Assembly: GCF_018977255.1 (NCBI RefSeq)
Contig: NW_024704742.1
Location: forward strand, 122,452,001 to 122,516,000
Origin: Callorhinchus milii
Taxonomy: Eukaryota
Length of the DNA stretch: 64,000 nucleotides
Direction: 5' to 3'
The position numbers and the translations under genes are program-made. The notes under the pieces are model-generated. The model was not told the origin of the DNA. It did no database searches and worked only from the letters and a program-made list of their open reading frames with translations. This document shows, piece after piece, positions 28,230 to 42,345 of the stretch. Numbering within the stretch: position 1 is the stretch's first letter; every line of letters begins with the position of its first letter.

Positions 28230-29812
28230 CCTCGACCCCCTCCCCACCAACTTACTGGTCACACAACTCCGCCTTCTCTGCACACTACTGGCTGACATTA
28301 TCAACCAGTCCCTCTCCTCTGGATCAGTCCCTGCCTCCCTCAAAACTGCTGTCATCATCCCCTTCCTGAAAAAATCCCTCCCTAGATCCCTCAAAGCCCA
28401 GCCATTACCGCCCTATTTCTAACCTGCCCTTCCTCTCAAAAGTTCTAGAACACGTTGTTGCTAATCGACTTCGCACACACCTCTCCTCCCACTCCCTCTC
28501 CGAACCCCTCCAGTCCGGTTTCCGCCCTGCCCACAGTACAGAGGGAAAGTAACAAACGACATCCTCTCTATCTGTGACCAGAGCTCCCCCTGCCTCCTTG
28601 TCCTCCTGGACCTCTCCGCCGCATTTGACACAGTCAATCACACCATCCTCCTTCACCGCCTTTCCTCCGTCATCCACCTCAGTGGGACCGCACTCGCCTG
28701 GTTCGAGTCTTACCTCACAAACCGCCAGCAGTACATCTGCATAAACGGCTTCTCCCGCTCTCACCCAGTCAACCGCGGGTACCCCAAGGATCCATCCTTG
28801 GCCCCCTCCTCTTTCTAATCTACATGCTCCCCCTTGGGGATGTCATCCGCAGACATGGCGTACATTTCCACATGTATGCAGATGACACCCAACTCTACTT
28901 TTCCACCTCTCTTTGTGACCCCCAGTCCCCTGATGTTCTGTCAGCCTGGCTGTCAGATCTCAGGGGCTGGATGAGCGCAAACTTCCTTCAGCTGAACATT
29001 GACATACTCTTTGGCTCTCGTCAACATCTAAAATCTCACAGCTCTCACCTCCTCCACCTACCTGACCTCCCCCTAAAACTCTCCGAACCCGTACGCAACC
29101 TAGGCATCAGGTTCAACCCCCAATTATCCTTCCTCCCTCACATCCGGTCCCTCACCAGCACCGCTTTCTTCTACCTCCGACGCATCGCCTGTCTCTGCCA
29201 ATACCTCTCCCCAAAAGCTGCTGAAACTCTGGTCTATGCCTTTGTCACCTCCCGGCTGGACTATTCAAATGCCCTCCTCGCCGGTCTCCCATCCACTACC
29301 ATCCATAAAATCCAACTCATTCAGAACTCTGCCGCCCGCATTCTCACCCGCACGAAACTCCGCTCCCCGATCACCCCAGTCCTTGTCAGACTGCACTGGC
29401 TGCCTTTCCCAGAGAGGATCGATTTTCAAGATCCTCACACTCGTATTCAAGTCCCTGCACTCCTCTGCAACCCCCTACCTCTCTGACCTCCTCTCTCCTC
29501 AGGACAGTACCCGATGCCTTCGTTCCTCCGGGTCTGGCCTCCTCCTTGTTCCCTGAGTCCTCCGCCCCACCCTCGGTGGCCGTGTCTTCAGCCACTATGC
29601 CCCGAGGTTCTGGAACTGCCTTCGTCACTCCCTGCGTCTCGCTCCTTCCCTTTCCATTTTCAGGTCTCTGCTGAAGACCTTTCCCTTCGACCGCGTCTTT
29701 GATCACCTTCCTCCCCCTCCCCCTGGCTCGGTCCCGGGATCCGTTACTGTAAAGCGCTCTGAGATGCCATCCGGTGTGGAGGGCGCTATATAAATCCAAG
29801 TTGTTGTTGTTG
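28230..29812 (+). mobile_element. L2 LINE (second subfamily), RT to 3' tail, frameshifted
   Basis: [56 protein letters not shown]; (TTG)n tail. Confidence 0.92.
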
Positions 29813-32800
29813 ATGTATGCTTGACAAAATCTTAACAATTTCCAACCTTTGGATGAAGTGTTAATCTGAGGTCCCGTCTGCAGGTTCAGACAGATGTTAA
29901 AGATCCTATGGTATTATTCGAAAAGAAAAGGAGGTTTCCCCCGATGTTCTGGCCAACAATCCCCCAAATAAAACTGATTATTCATTTCATGATTGTTTGT
30001 CATATATTGCTGTGTGCAAAATTGTCTGCTGCATTTTCCAACAAAAAATGTAGACACTATACTTTAAAGGGAATCCTGTAATGCGCTTTGATACATCCTC
30101 CCAATGTCAAAGTCAAAGAATATTATTGTTTATCATTATAATATTAATTTTTAAAACTAACACAAAGGAAAATGAAGTGATAAGTCAGCCATATTCTAAA
30201 ACCAGATGTTACTGGCTTCTTTTTTAATTGATTGGATCTTGCTTATTTGAACAGACCCTTTTAAATACTCTTTCCAGGAGAAGCAATGTGTTCTGGGGGT
30301 GAGCACTTTACATGTCAAACAATGAATTACCTTGCTGTGGAGCAAAATTAAATCCATACCCTGGAGGTGGAAGAGGTTGCTCTGCAACATGATCACAGCA
30401 AGCAAATTCAACTAGTTTACAAGGCTAAAATTAACTTAGTGCAGCTGCTAATTCACTCCAGCAGCTGCCATGGAAGTGGGCATGAGCTTCTGAGAGAGTA
30501 AAGTGCAACATCACTGCTTATCCTTCACTGACACTACTTTCTACCAAACAAAAATGATTAGTCATTTAAATCATTGCCTTCCAGAAGCCAATGTCATTCG
30601 ACGTAACCTTGTCCTTACTCTCACGTCATACAAACGTTCTTTAATGTAATGTACAAAACAAGGAGTGGACCACATATCTAATTCAACAATCCCCCAAATA
30701 AAATTGGTCACTCACTCCATGGATGATAGTTGAATATTACTATGTACAGCATTGTTCTACAAAATGTATAGCCACCACACTTTACACTGTATCCTGCAAA
30801 GCACTTTGAGACTTCTTAATGATATATATTATAACTGAACCAACAGGCAAAATTATTTGCACCACAAGACTGAAAATGTAGTTCACATTAAAGAGATAAA
30901 CTGGTTAAAACACTTCTACTGTGTCTACGTGCAAATGGATTCAATAAAGTTTCATCTCCATCGTTTTATGCTTCCTAAAATGTCACTATATATGACTGGA
31001 TTTAAAGTAAAGCAATCTGGCATTTCAAAGATGCCATTAAAAAATTAATAATAATAATCCTTGCATTTGATAATGCACCTTTTCACGTTGGGTGGATGTC
31101 TCAAAGTGCTTCAGAGGATATACTACAAAGTGTAGTGACTGTATTTTGTAGGTGACTAAGGCAGACAATTTGAGTACCGTAAAGTCACAACAGGCTCTGG
31201 CAGTACAATTTAAAAGCAAAACAAAACTAGTGCACCAAAAAAAGGCAGGGAGGGAGAAAGCTAAAAGTCAAAAGTCACCACTATCAGAAGGAGTTTTGTC
31301 ACTTAGTGGTGACCTTTGGTTTCACATGATATTAGAATACAATTTTACATTTATATGGTGTTTTTCATGTCAGCAGGACATCCCAAGGCACTGGGCAGTC
31401 CAAGGTTTGCACCCGAACTGGTGGTGAGGGGGGCCGAGGGGGAAAAGATGGTAGAAACGCGGTCAAAGAGGAAGAGGGTCAACATTTAGTGTGAATCTTG
31501 AGATATAAACTAACCATTGCAAATTGCAGGGTTAATGAATTATACTCCCGATAATTCCCGAGACTGTAAATTTTACCCCTATATTGGAAATAATGCAGGT
31601 CCATTACATGTATGGACGTAATAATAAAATAATAATAATAATCACTGCATTTGATATAGCGCCTTTCATGTCGGAAGGGCATCCCAAAGTCCTTCACAAG
31701 ATTTACTGTAAAGTGTAACAACTGTGTATTTGTGGGGAAAGGTACAATTGACACTGGACACACAAGTAAGTGCAAGGTTTGTGTGGCTTCTTGCTTTCTG
31801 AAATCATCTTCATTCTGAGGAAATGATTTCAAGTGTTACAAAGCAAGAAATGACTAGAATACATTTACTTGTGTCTGAAAAGTATAATAGTATAGAAACG
31901 AATGGCACACTAACTAGTTTTGCAAAGAAACTGTATGGATTGTGCAGTCTGATTACTTTCAATGCCTCATTAAGTGTTTTTATATCCTATTATTTTTGAG
32001 CCTCTGGCAGTGCAATGGGTCAATAACAATAGAATATAAGAGACTTTATATACTCCAGAGATTTTTAAAGCCTCGTCCCCATCTTAGCAACAAGACAGCA
32101 GCATAGAAACTCATTATGCCCCATTTATACTCCACCTTTCATGCCGACCCAAAAGCGAAATGGCATCAAATTGATATTAGAAATCATAGAGTATAAAGAC
32201 AGCTTTGGATACACAATCTGAAATCCATTTCTGTCTCTGGCAGCTGGTGGAAGATGGTTTTGAAAGAAGAGATTTGAACCAATGAGGTATACGAGTGTGA
32301 CACTGAATCAGAATCCATGCTCTACCCCATCTTTCCAACTTATAAATACATTTTATAAATCAGAAATAAATTAAGATTTGTTTTTACTGCTAGGCAAATT
32401 TCTCCCAAAATTGTCATCCCTCCCCTCCTCCTCTGAAGCAGTTATTTCCTCCTGTTTGAGGTACAAGTTCACGGTTGCTGGTCACCTTGTGCAAATGGCC
32501 AATATTCAGGTGCGAGCTCAGATAATTGATGTTGGATTAGATACCACTGCAACCAAGCCCACTGCATACCACGTTTAATGTCCAGGCACACACACCTCCA
32601 GTGGGAAAGCAGGGGTGGTGTGGGGGTGGGGCTTCGTGTCACTGATTAGCAGTGTGAATTATTATTAAATCATGAAAGATGTCACTTTATTAGAAGCCAT
32701 TTCCAGAGTGACAGATGCACACATGCACATCAATGGGGGCACTTGTGTTACACTGTTAAAGCCTTAGATCCATGAATGTGGAGTATTACTTAGTAAAATT

Positions 32801-32834
32801 CAGTCTGTCAGTTCATACCATTTCATACTACATC

Positions 32835-33255
32835 CATGCTTTGAATGAGATGTTAACTGAGGACCCAGCTGCCTGTTCGGGTGCATGGGCTAAAGCTCCC
32901 ATGACACTATTCAAAAAGAGAAGGTAATTTCTCCTGTGTCTTGGCTAACAATTCCTCAGATAAATTAGGCTGTTTGTAGGATATTGCTACCCCCTCCTCG
33001 CTCCCTCCCTTCCCTCCCCTCACCCTGACCATTTCCCCTTTGCTCGGGTCCTGACCCAACTGTACAGTGCCTTGGGACGTCCTCCCGACGTGAAAGGCGC
33101 TCAATAAATGGAATGTTGTTGTTGTTGTAGTTGCCGTATTCTCTGATAAAATACACAGTCACTTCCTTTTCACACTATATCCTGTGAAACACAATGAGAT
33201 GTCTTCCCAATGTGAAAGGTACTATACCAAATGCAAGAATGATTATATTATTATT
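32835..33255 (+). mobile_element. Deu-type SINE interrupted by a young L2 3' end (about 32988-33128)
   Basis: gatgttaactgagg..cccatgacactattcaaaaagagaagg core; an L2 tail replaces gtgcgcaaatt; the SINE tail resumes afterwards. Confidence 0.75.
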
Positions 33256-33792
33256 AAACGTAAATTGTATTGTACTTATATTATAATAAGTGATTTGGGG
33301 CTCTATTAAGCAATTTATGTAAACCATTGGCAAACCATGGTGTACAGTAGGAATTACATGCGTTCTTGATTCTGTAATTAATAACCAATGAAACGGTTAT
33401 TAAATCTATAATTAATAAATGAAGAGGGAGTCGATCTTGAAACATCGGCGGCTGAACTGATACGCTGCCGTTATCTGTTGTGTCTTTGCCAGTTCCTGCT
33501 CCAGCTGCTGCTCCTGGTAGCTGAAAGTCAAGCATTGGCAAGTTTGCTGCGAAACACGCACAGGATCAATGGCATCACAAGACTTGCAGAAGCATGGAAA
33601 CTTGGAGAAGCCTTCATCTGAAAGACATGCTGCCTAATGGTAGCATTCACTGAAAAAATAGCTGTGTGCTGATTCTGAATGTCAGACAAGCTTTCTCCCA
33701 GATTTTTGTCTGGGTTTGTCTACCAGTCAGGTGCGTGTAAATCTCAGGATTTGACCCGAACATTTCCACATTCTTAATCACCGAAAGTGAAT

Positions 33793-34175
33793 GTCAGTCT
33801 GGCTTAGGTGGTACCACTCTCGCTTCTCAGTCGGAAGGTTGTGCGTTTAACTACATTGGGGCTTAGAACTCACATAATCTAGACTGATTCAGTGCTGAGG
33901 GTCTGCTGCATTGACAGAAATGCAGAACTTTGGATGAGAGTTTAAACTGAGGTACCTTTCTACCTGTTCAGGCAGGTTAAAGATCCCTTCACTATTGTAT
34001 TTGAGAAGAGAAGGGAGTTTCTTCCCATATCCTGGGACATGGTTGTGTGCAAATTTACAGCTGCACTTGCCTTCAGAATACACAGTCACTACACATTATA
34101 GTAAATCCTGTGAAGCACTTTGAGATGTCCTCCTGATGTGAAAGGTACTGTACCAAATATAAGGATTTTATTAGT
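33793..34175 (+). mobile_element. Older Deu-domain-type tRNA SINE (SacSINE1-like)
   Basis: tRNA-like head, central ttggatgag..ttaaactgagg..aaagatccc domain, and shared 3' tail. Similar copies at about 27540-27760, 29843-30125 and 39050-39410. Family name is from recall. Confidence 0.7.
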
Positions 34176-35654
34176 AGTTATAACAATGGTTTGATCATCT
34201 AACAAAAAGATGCAAGATTAAGTCAGCTGATATAGCTATCAATAGTATCCAGATTCTACCTAGTCTTAGCTTGTTAAGGCGGTTTTGTATCATAATCTAA
34301 GATGGCACATAATTGTGGAAAATTCATAAATCCAGTTTTAATTTAAAAGCTAAGTTTCTGCACTTCTTAAGTGTTAAACACTTTGAAATTAAGACTGAAT
34401 TAAAGATTTGTTTTAAATGTTGAAAAATGACTGAAAGGGCAGTCAAAAAGGTAAATCTTGAGATGAGCTTTGAACATGGGGAGGTGAACCGGAGGGATTC
34501 CTGGATGGAATTCCAAAGAGCAGGGGCAGAAAAGCTCGCCTGCTATTGTTGGGTAAAACATTTAGTTTGCAACAGTTTGTATCAATTTTATTAATTATTT
34601 TAAAGGATGCATGGGTTCGGACATCTGCAAATTGTACTGCAACATAGGAGTCTCATAATGTTTTAAATAAAAGATGGGCGCCATGGAAACTAGGTTGGAT
34701 TCAGTTTGGAAATGTAGTTTATAAATCAGCATGTCATTTGCATTGAATACATTTCCTGGTGTTAATTAATTACATTTTCCACAAAGCACCAAGGGGCCTG
34801 ATAGAAAGCTGCAGAAAGCGAAATAAATGGCTATTTTTAGTCAACAGCTTTTATATTATTAAATAGTCAGGGCGTTTTCATTTCACATCCCTCAGCTATT
34901 TTAAGTTGCCATATTGCACTGAGACTCAAAGCTTGAATGGCAAGTACAGGTAGCTTTAAGCTGATGAGAGTGGAATCCCAGGACATTTCACTGAATCTGA
35001 TTTCATTAAATGAGACTGATAGTCATTTGCGGTGCCCATCAACTGACTTTTCAGCCCTGGCTCTTTTATTACTTTTGAAGACCAGAGCTCCATGGAGGCC
35101 TTTTCGCTACCGTTATAGCACAGTGCTCAATAACATAAAGCATTTACAGACCTTGGTCCTCCTATCCACTAAAATAATTGGTCTTTCGCGTCAGTGAATT
35201 GCAGATGGGTGAAAAATGCCCTCTGTAATGGTAAATGACAGGGAACTTCAAGGCACTGAAGACCATCTGGTCCTGTTCATTCCACCAATATTTGTACTCC
35301 ACATTAACCTCCACTCCTCCTGATCCCCATCTCCTATACCCCTCTATTCCCTTCCCTCTCATGTATGCATTATCGAGTTTCCTCTTAAATATATTGGTGC
35401 TTTCTCCATCAACAACAACTTGCATTTAAAATAACCCTGATTGTCCAGCGCCCTGGGACGCCTTTCGATCTGAAGAGAGCTATACAAGTATAATATGTTG
35501 TTGTTGTTAAATAGTGTCCTTCCCGTAGCATAGCATCTCGGAATACTTAACAGTACGTGACCTGGGATGCAGTACTCTGGGATGCTGCCCAACATGGAGG
35601 GCGCTATATAAATGTACGCTGTGGTACAGTTCTGGATCCTGTTCGGATCTGAAA

Positions 35655-35862
35655 TGCATTGCCTGAAAAGGTGGTGGAAGCCAATTCGATAACAACTTTT
35701 AAGAGAGATAAGTAATTTGGGGAGGACAAGTTTGCAGGGCTATGGGGAGAGAGTGGGAGAGTGGGATTGATTTTGATAGCTCTTTTAAAAGAACTGGCAC
35801 AGACATAATGGGCTGAATGGCCTCCTTCTGTGATATGTAATTCTATGATGCTATGATTCTAT
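35655..35862 (+). mobile_element. CR1 LINE 3' end
   Basis: Inverse homologue of 13494-13700; ends ttctatgatgctatgattctatg. Confidence 0.85.
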
Positions 35863-36174
35863 GTCGCAGATTAGGTAAAATGGATAGTATATAGAAAGAG
35901 GATAAATGCTCAATAATATAAAGAATTGAGTAATAAAGACCATATGGGGTCCAGGTTCAATCCTCGACCTAAGGCAAAAAGCTGAATAAAAAAAACACTG
36001 TCAAAGAAATAATAATAATCCTTACATTTGATATAGTACCTTATAACGAGGTGTCTCAAAGAGCTTCACACAACATATTATAAAGTGAATTAACTATATA
36101 TTTTGTGGGCAGAATAAAGAGAAAGTGGCACAAAATACAGAACAGAATCAAGCACAGCCATGATGCCTCACAAA

Positions 36175-37640
36175 AACAACAACAAATGATACTTGTATAG
36201 TGCCCTTCACATGGAAAGAATACCAGGGCACTGGACAATCAGGGTTTTTTGGACCCGAGCTGGGAGTTGGTGTCAGGAGGGGTGGAGGGTAGGTGGGGTG
36301 GGAAGGTGGCCGAAGACACGGTCGAAGAAGAAGGTCTTTAGACGGGACTTGAAGGAGACAAGAGAGGGGATGAGATGAAAGGATTGTGGGATAGAACTAC
36401 AGAGTGTGGGGCAGAGATGTTGAATGCCCGTTTGCCAATGATGGGGCGTGAAATGTGGGGAAACTGAAGCAGGCTGGTGTTTGTGAGTGGAAGAAATGAA
36501 CAGGCTGATACAAATCTACTTTGCATCCTCCAGTATCGATACCAGGTCCGCGGATGTTCTATCAGCTTGACTGGCAGACATCAAGCCCTGGATGAGTGCA
36601 AACTTCTTGCAGCTGAATGTGGACAAGACAGAAGCTATACTCCTTGGCTCCGTCAATGTCTTCAATCCCGCGGATCTGAACTCTTCAGCCTCCCTAGGCT
36701 CTCCCTCAGACTCACTGAACAGTGTGCAATCCAGGCGTCCGATTCAACCCCCAGCTGTCCTTCCTCCCCCAAACTCCGTAACTCCATCTCACCAGTTCTG
36801 GTCAGGCTCCATTGGCTCCTCATCACTGAACAGATCGACTTCAGGATCCTCACACTCGTGTCCAAATCCCTTCATTCCCTGGCACCTCCCTACCTCTCCA
36901 ACCTCCTCACTTCACAATCCACCACGCGGCGCCTCCGCTCGACTGGCACTGGCCTCCTGCTTATTCTTCGCTCCCCCCGTTCCACCATTGGAGGTTGTGA
37001 TTTCAGCCATTAAGCCCAAAACTCTGGAACACTCTACCTCAATCCCTCTCTCTCTTCCTTTTCAACCATGCTTACGGTCACCCCCCCCCCCCAACTCGGA
37101 GTCAGGCTCCACCATTGCTAAGCACTCTGAGACACTACCCTGCGTGGAGCGCGCTATATAAGTGCAAGTTGTTATTGTTCTTGTTGATATGGGTTTAGGT
37201 AAGTCAGAGAGTTGGGGGGAGCAAGATGGTGGAGGGCTTTGGTGAGAACGAGGTGAGAACGAATTGTACTCAATTGAGAATTGTACTCAATTCTCTGAGG
37301 AATGGGGAGCTAGTGAAGCCAGCAAGAACAGGAGTGATTGGTTCGCAGAACCTGTTGCAGGAGAGGACACGAGCTACAGAGTTCTGAATAATCTGTAGCT
37401 TGTGGAGGGAGGAGTTGGGAAGACCAGCGAGCAGGTAGTTGGCATAGTCAAGCTAGGATGTGATGAAAGTGTGGATCGGGTACACAAACAAGTCACTCGT
37501 TTTAAATCCCATTTTAAGATCTACCTTCTCAACTGCGCCTTTGGTCATCTCCCCCTCCTCCCTCACTTGAGGCCCACTGTGCAACTCTCCAACTGCTATC
37601 TTGCATAAAGGGCACTACATAAACACAAGCTGTTGTTGTT
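36175..37640. mobile_element. Cluster of diverged L2 fragments in alternating orientation
   Basis: [20 protein letters not shown] and [11 protein letters not shown] (+, about 36570-37185); minus-strand fragments on both sides. Confidence 0.75.
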
Positions 37641-40600
37641 GATCCTCTCTGTCGAGGCTCAAACAAATGAGTGATTTGAGGGTGTACCTGGAATGTAAAC
37701 TCTCTCCTTGGAGGGACACACCTTGCTTACCTAATTCTGGAGTCGAGGCTAAAAGCACTGTTTGTCCAGCTAGGACCATTCTGCTCATTAAGGAGCTTTC
37801 CAGCCACCCATTCAGCATTAATTCACACAGATCTGAAAGTTATAGATTCATATCCTAATTTAGATATTCACAATTCAGAGACAGCTACTGGAAGGTATGT
37901 GTGAGTGAGCATCAGACAAGGACAGAATCAATCTCGGGTGTGATAACCTCTCGAGTCGAACAACCTGCCAACATTCGCAGTCAAGTAACACATAGGAATA
38001 TTGTCTGCTTTGTGATGAACCAGAGAGCAACTGGAGCCTGTGGGATCATACCTTAGCGAAAGGAAGACAAGATTTATACAGCTGATCGGCACTTAGCTTA
38101 GGGAGGGTGGGGGCGGGGGTGAAGATGACCAAAAGCATGGCTGAAAAGATAAAACCTTAAGGAGACCTTTAAAAGAGGGAGGAGGAGAGGCTGCAGATCC
38201 GGAGAGCATGGACTGAATGGTTGAATCAAACACCTACAGGAGGGGGAGTTAGGGGGAAAAATGGCAAATTATTAATTAAAGACTTGGTTTTGAAGCCGAT
38301 TTTCTGTGCGTTTCTTTAAGAACTCAAAAAAAAGACTTAAAAATTAAGGCTGAATTCAAAAATTGGCTAATTTCTGGATGCTACGATTTGTTGCATAATA
38401 GAATAAATTGAGACGCTGGTGGAATGTCTCCCCATAAAGTCAAGTAACTGTGGTGAGATAGCAGAGAGCAGTTGGCTTTTGTGGATCTCTATCTCAATGC
38501 TGCTCCTTGAAAAGATGAGGAGAAAATGCATCAGTGTTTAAAGCTCCGCTTAAATAATTGCAAAGAATCTTGGTTCCCTAATGAAAACTGGCCAATTGGT
38601 TTCCAGTTCTTTTAAAAAAATGCTACTTCTTAATTGCCTTGTAAAAATACTTATAAAGATGGTGCGCAATTGGTTTTAATTTCCCCTTAGACTAAAACAA
38701 GTCAATTTTCTGCCATCAATCGTTAAAGAAAAAAAATAAGGTTTATGTTCCTTGAGCCTGGAAAAGCAGATGGTTCTAAAATTTGTGTTCGTTGTTCCCA
38801 AACACGGACACTTTCTGAACAGAAGAGGGTCATTCAGCTCATTATGCCAATGCCGCTTTACTGAATCAACCCTTTTTTTTATTAATCCCACTTTCCAACT
38901 CTTCTTCTATGGAAAGATTACATCACCCAAGATATATCACATGGAATATGTCTTAGATAAAATGGAGCTGCAGAAATAAGAAGTGACAATAAAAAGATTT
39001 TTGTAATAGTAATAATACTTGGCTTTAATATAATGGCTTTTATCTTGAATTTGAACTCACAGAGTCCAGGCTGACACTTCAGGGTAGTGCTGTTAGAAGG
39101 CTGCATTGTCAGAAGTGCCGTCCTTTAAATGAGGCATTAAATCAATATCCCATCTGCCTGTTCAGGTGGACGCTAAAGATTCCATGGCACAATTTGAAAA
39201 GCGAGGGAGGCTTTTCCAGTGTCCTGGCCAACAATCCTCCAGATTTAAAAATAATCATCCATTCACTTCATGACTGTTTATGGGACACCGCTGATACGCA
39301 AATTGGCCGTTGCATTCACCTACATATACACAACCTTTACAGGCACTTACAGGAAACTCTGTGAAGCAATTTTAGATGTTCGACATATCAAACACAAGGA
39401 TTTTTTACATTTAAAAAATGATTGTAAAGCAATTAATTTGATACAGTATTGTGCTTTAACTGTAACGACAGTACTTTCAATGCAGTTCACTCCTGAGAGT
39501 GTAAACCCTTTGGAGGTGACCACTCAGGAAACTCACTGTTCCTAACACACAAGACAAAAGAGGATTGTTTTGTAGAAATGGATAATAGTTTACATTTGAT
39601 GCTGACAGTAAAACAAAGACCAATTCAGCCCCAGTTACTAACAAATACGTTGCAAGTTCCATTAATTGCAGTAGACTTCATTATAGACATCATATAATGA
39701 AGTCTAACAGTCTCAGAATATTTATTTCAATGCTACTCTCTAATCATGTGTTAAAATGTGGCCCACAGATGCTTCCCAGATGGTAACACAACCTACCATC
39801 GCCCAAAGGAAAACAGATCAGGGCAAGCATGAAATCTGCTGCAGGCAATTTGCACGTATGATTCATCCAGTCCCTTTGTCTTCCAGGACGCTTTCACCAA
39901 AATTACCCAAGAGAATATTTTTATAAATTATAATTTGTCAATTGCGAAACATCAACTTGCATTTATCTAACACCTTTCACATAAAATAAATGTTCACCGA
40001 GATGATAGCGAGGAGAGGAAGGAGAATTTTGACGTGATAACTAAAGGCGTGGTGAAATAAATATGTTTTGAAGAGAGTTTTGAAGGCTTGGAAAGGGACA
40101 ATGGATCAGATCATAAGGGTCTGAAACACAAAAGGTTTCATTTTGTGGCTGTTTGTGGGTCTGTGCTGTGTGCAAATTGGCTGCCGAGCTCGCCTCAAAA
40201 TACCCAATCACAACACTTTACAGTGAATCCTATGAAGTATTTTGAGACATCCTCTTAACATGAAAGGCACTACATAAAATGCAAGAATTCTTATTATAAA
40301 GATGGTTTGATTTGTTACCTTTCTTGGCTGACTAAAAGCGAGAGGAAAAAACAGACACCTTCACACGGTTCAATAAATGCACTGAATAATCAGAACATGG
40401 AAGAAGTTTTCTATTGAGTGGATGATAATTTAATGTCTCCTGCCACAGAAAAGCAAAGCCATTGATCTATCCATTCTTTCCACTTGAAAACAAATGTTGC
40501 GGATTCAGATCATTAACTATCAGTTCTTTATAAAAGTGGTAACAACTGATGCTTTGCACCATGAGCTCCCATCGGGGGGGGGGGGGGGGGGGGGGCACGT

Positions 40601-40678
40601 GTAAAACACCAATTACTAATCAGTTGAACCATCTTGTCACTACTTGAGTTTGATGGACTACCCAGGCTGCTAGACAGA

Positions 40679-41390
40679 ATAATAACAATCTTTTCATTTA
40701 ATATAGCGCCTTATCACATCATTGAGTCGTCTCAAAGTGCTTCACAGCACACACTATAAAGTGGATGGACTGTATACCTTGTGTACGAAACATGGCAACC
40801 AGTTTACACACAGCAATGTCCACCAAACAGCCATGGAATGAGTGATCAATTTTATTTGGCAGGTTTGCTGGCCAAAGACCTCTTAATGCCGTCCCTCATC
40901 AGGAGAAACTCTTCTCTTTTTGAATAGTGCCATAGGATCTTTAAAGTCCATCTGAAACGGTATACAAGACCTCAGTTTAACGTCTCAACAACAACAACAA
41001 GATTCCATTTATAGAGCGCCTTTCACGTCGGGAGGACGTCCCAAGGCGCTGTACAGTTGGGTCAGGACCCGAGCAGGGGGGAAATGGTCAGGGTGAGGGG
41101 AGGGAAGGGAGGGAGCGAGGAGGGGGTAGAGAGTCGAGAGGGGAGCTGAAGGCACGGTCAAAGAGAAAGGTCTTGAGACCGGCCTTGAAGGAGGAAAGGG
41201 AGGAAGCAAGGCGAAGGCACTGGGGGATAGAGTTCCAGAGTCTCATCCAAAGAATGGCACCTCGGACAATGCAACACACCCTCAGCACTGGAATGTAGTG
41301 TCAGTATACACTATGTGATTCCAAGACTCGATGTGGGGCTTGAACCCACAAACTTCTAACTCAGAGGTGAGATACTAAGTCAGGCTGACA
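40679..41390 (-). mobile_element. Deu-type SINE with nested young L2 3' end (40988-41239)
   Basis: SINE halves rejoin across the L2; GTCTCA is duplicated at 40982-40987 and 41240-41245. Confidence 0.85.
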
Positions 41391-41879
41391 GACAAATAGG
41401 AACAGGAGTAGGCCATTCAGCCCGTTAATCCAGCTCCGCCATTAACAACAACAACAACAAGATTATATTTGTATAGCGCCTTTCACGTCGGGAGGACGTC
41501 CCAAGGGGGTGAAGTCTACAGTTGCTCTTTAATTTCATTTCCACTTTAAAACCTGAATCTTTGCCTGTACTTAACATCACCCCCCTCCACCACGCCGTTT
41601 GACATTGGCTACATCTTTGTAAAGTTGTTACAATGAAACATTATCCAACTTGAAGGTCACTATACAAATGTCAAAAACTCCCAAAATTTTGGCTAGGCTT
41701 AAATCAGATAGCTGATTTTCTCTTTAATATGTTACAGAGACCACAAAATAAGAAGCACCGAGTAAGCTTGGGAGAGGGAAGAAAATGTGCTTTTAATACT
41801 CACACAAAATGATAAGGGTAAATTAATTTTGTCCTTATGAGTGCGCAGTGTCAATGTTGGTAATATTTAGTGGCAAGAG

Positions 41880-42345
41880 CCAACAACAAAACAAAATAAT
41901 ATTTATACAATGACTTTCACGTCGGGAGGATATCACAAGGCTCGAGACAATTAAGGGTTTACACCGAGCTGGGGGTTAGAATCAAGAGGGGTGAAGGGTA
42001 AGGATAGGCAGGGCGGGGGACATGGAGCAGGCCAATGCCCACTGAATGAAGTGATCGGGAAGGTTAGTATTGTGTTAAGAGTTAAGAGGTCACAGAGGTA
42101 GGGAGGAGCAAGGCCGAGGAGATCTTTAAAAATGAGTACAAGGGTTTTAAACTCGATCCTCTGAGGGATGGGGATCCAGTGAAGCCGGGTATGGATGGGG
42201 GTGATCAGTTCATTGGAGCTTAGTACAGGAGAGGAGACAAGCTGTAGAGTTCTGGATAATGTACAGCTTGCGAAGGGAAGAGTTGGGAACTCCTGTGAGC
42301 AGGGAGTTTGTGTAACAAATGCCTGAATGAGGGTCTCAGTCAGGT
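41880..42345 (-). mobile_element. Diverged L2 3' fragment
   Basis: ITPIHTRLHWIPIPQRIEFKTLVL motif; tail at about 41880. Confidence 0.8.

Noticed and set aside
33281..33620. Possible extra exon (86-aa ORF, GC-richer patch)
   Set aside because: No recognisable domain or convincing splice context; not RAB3-like.
40573..40595. Poly-G run / G-quadruplex
   Set aside because: A simple homopolymer of unreliable length in a draft assembly (an N occurs at 8311).
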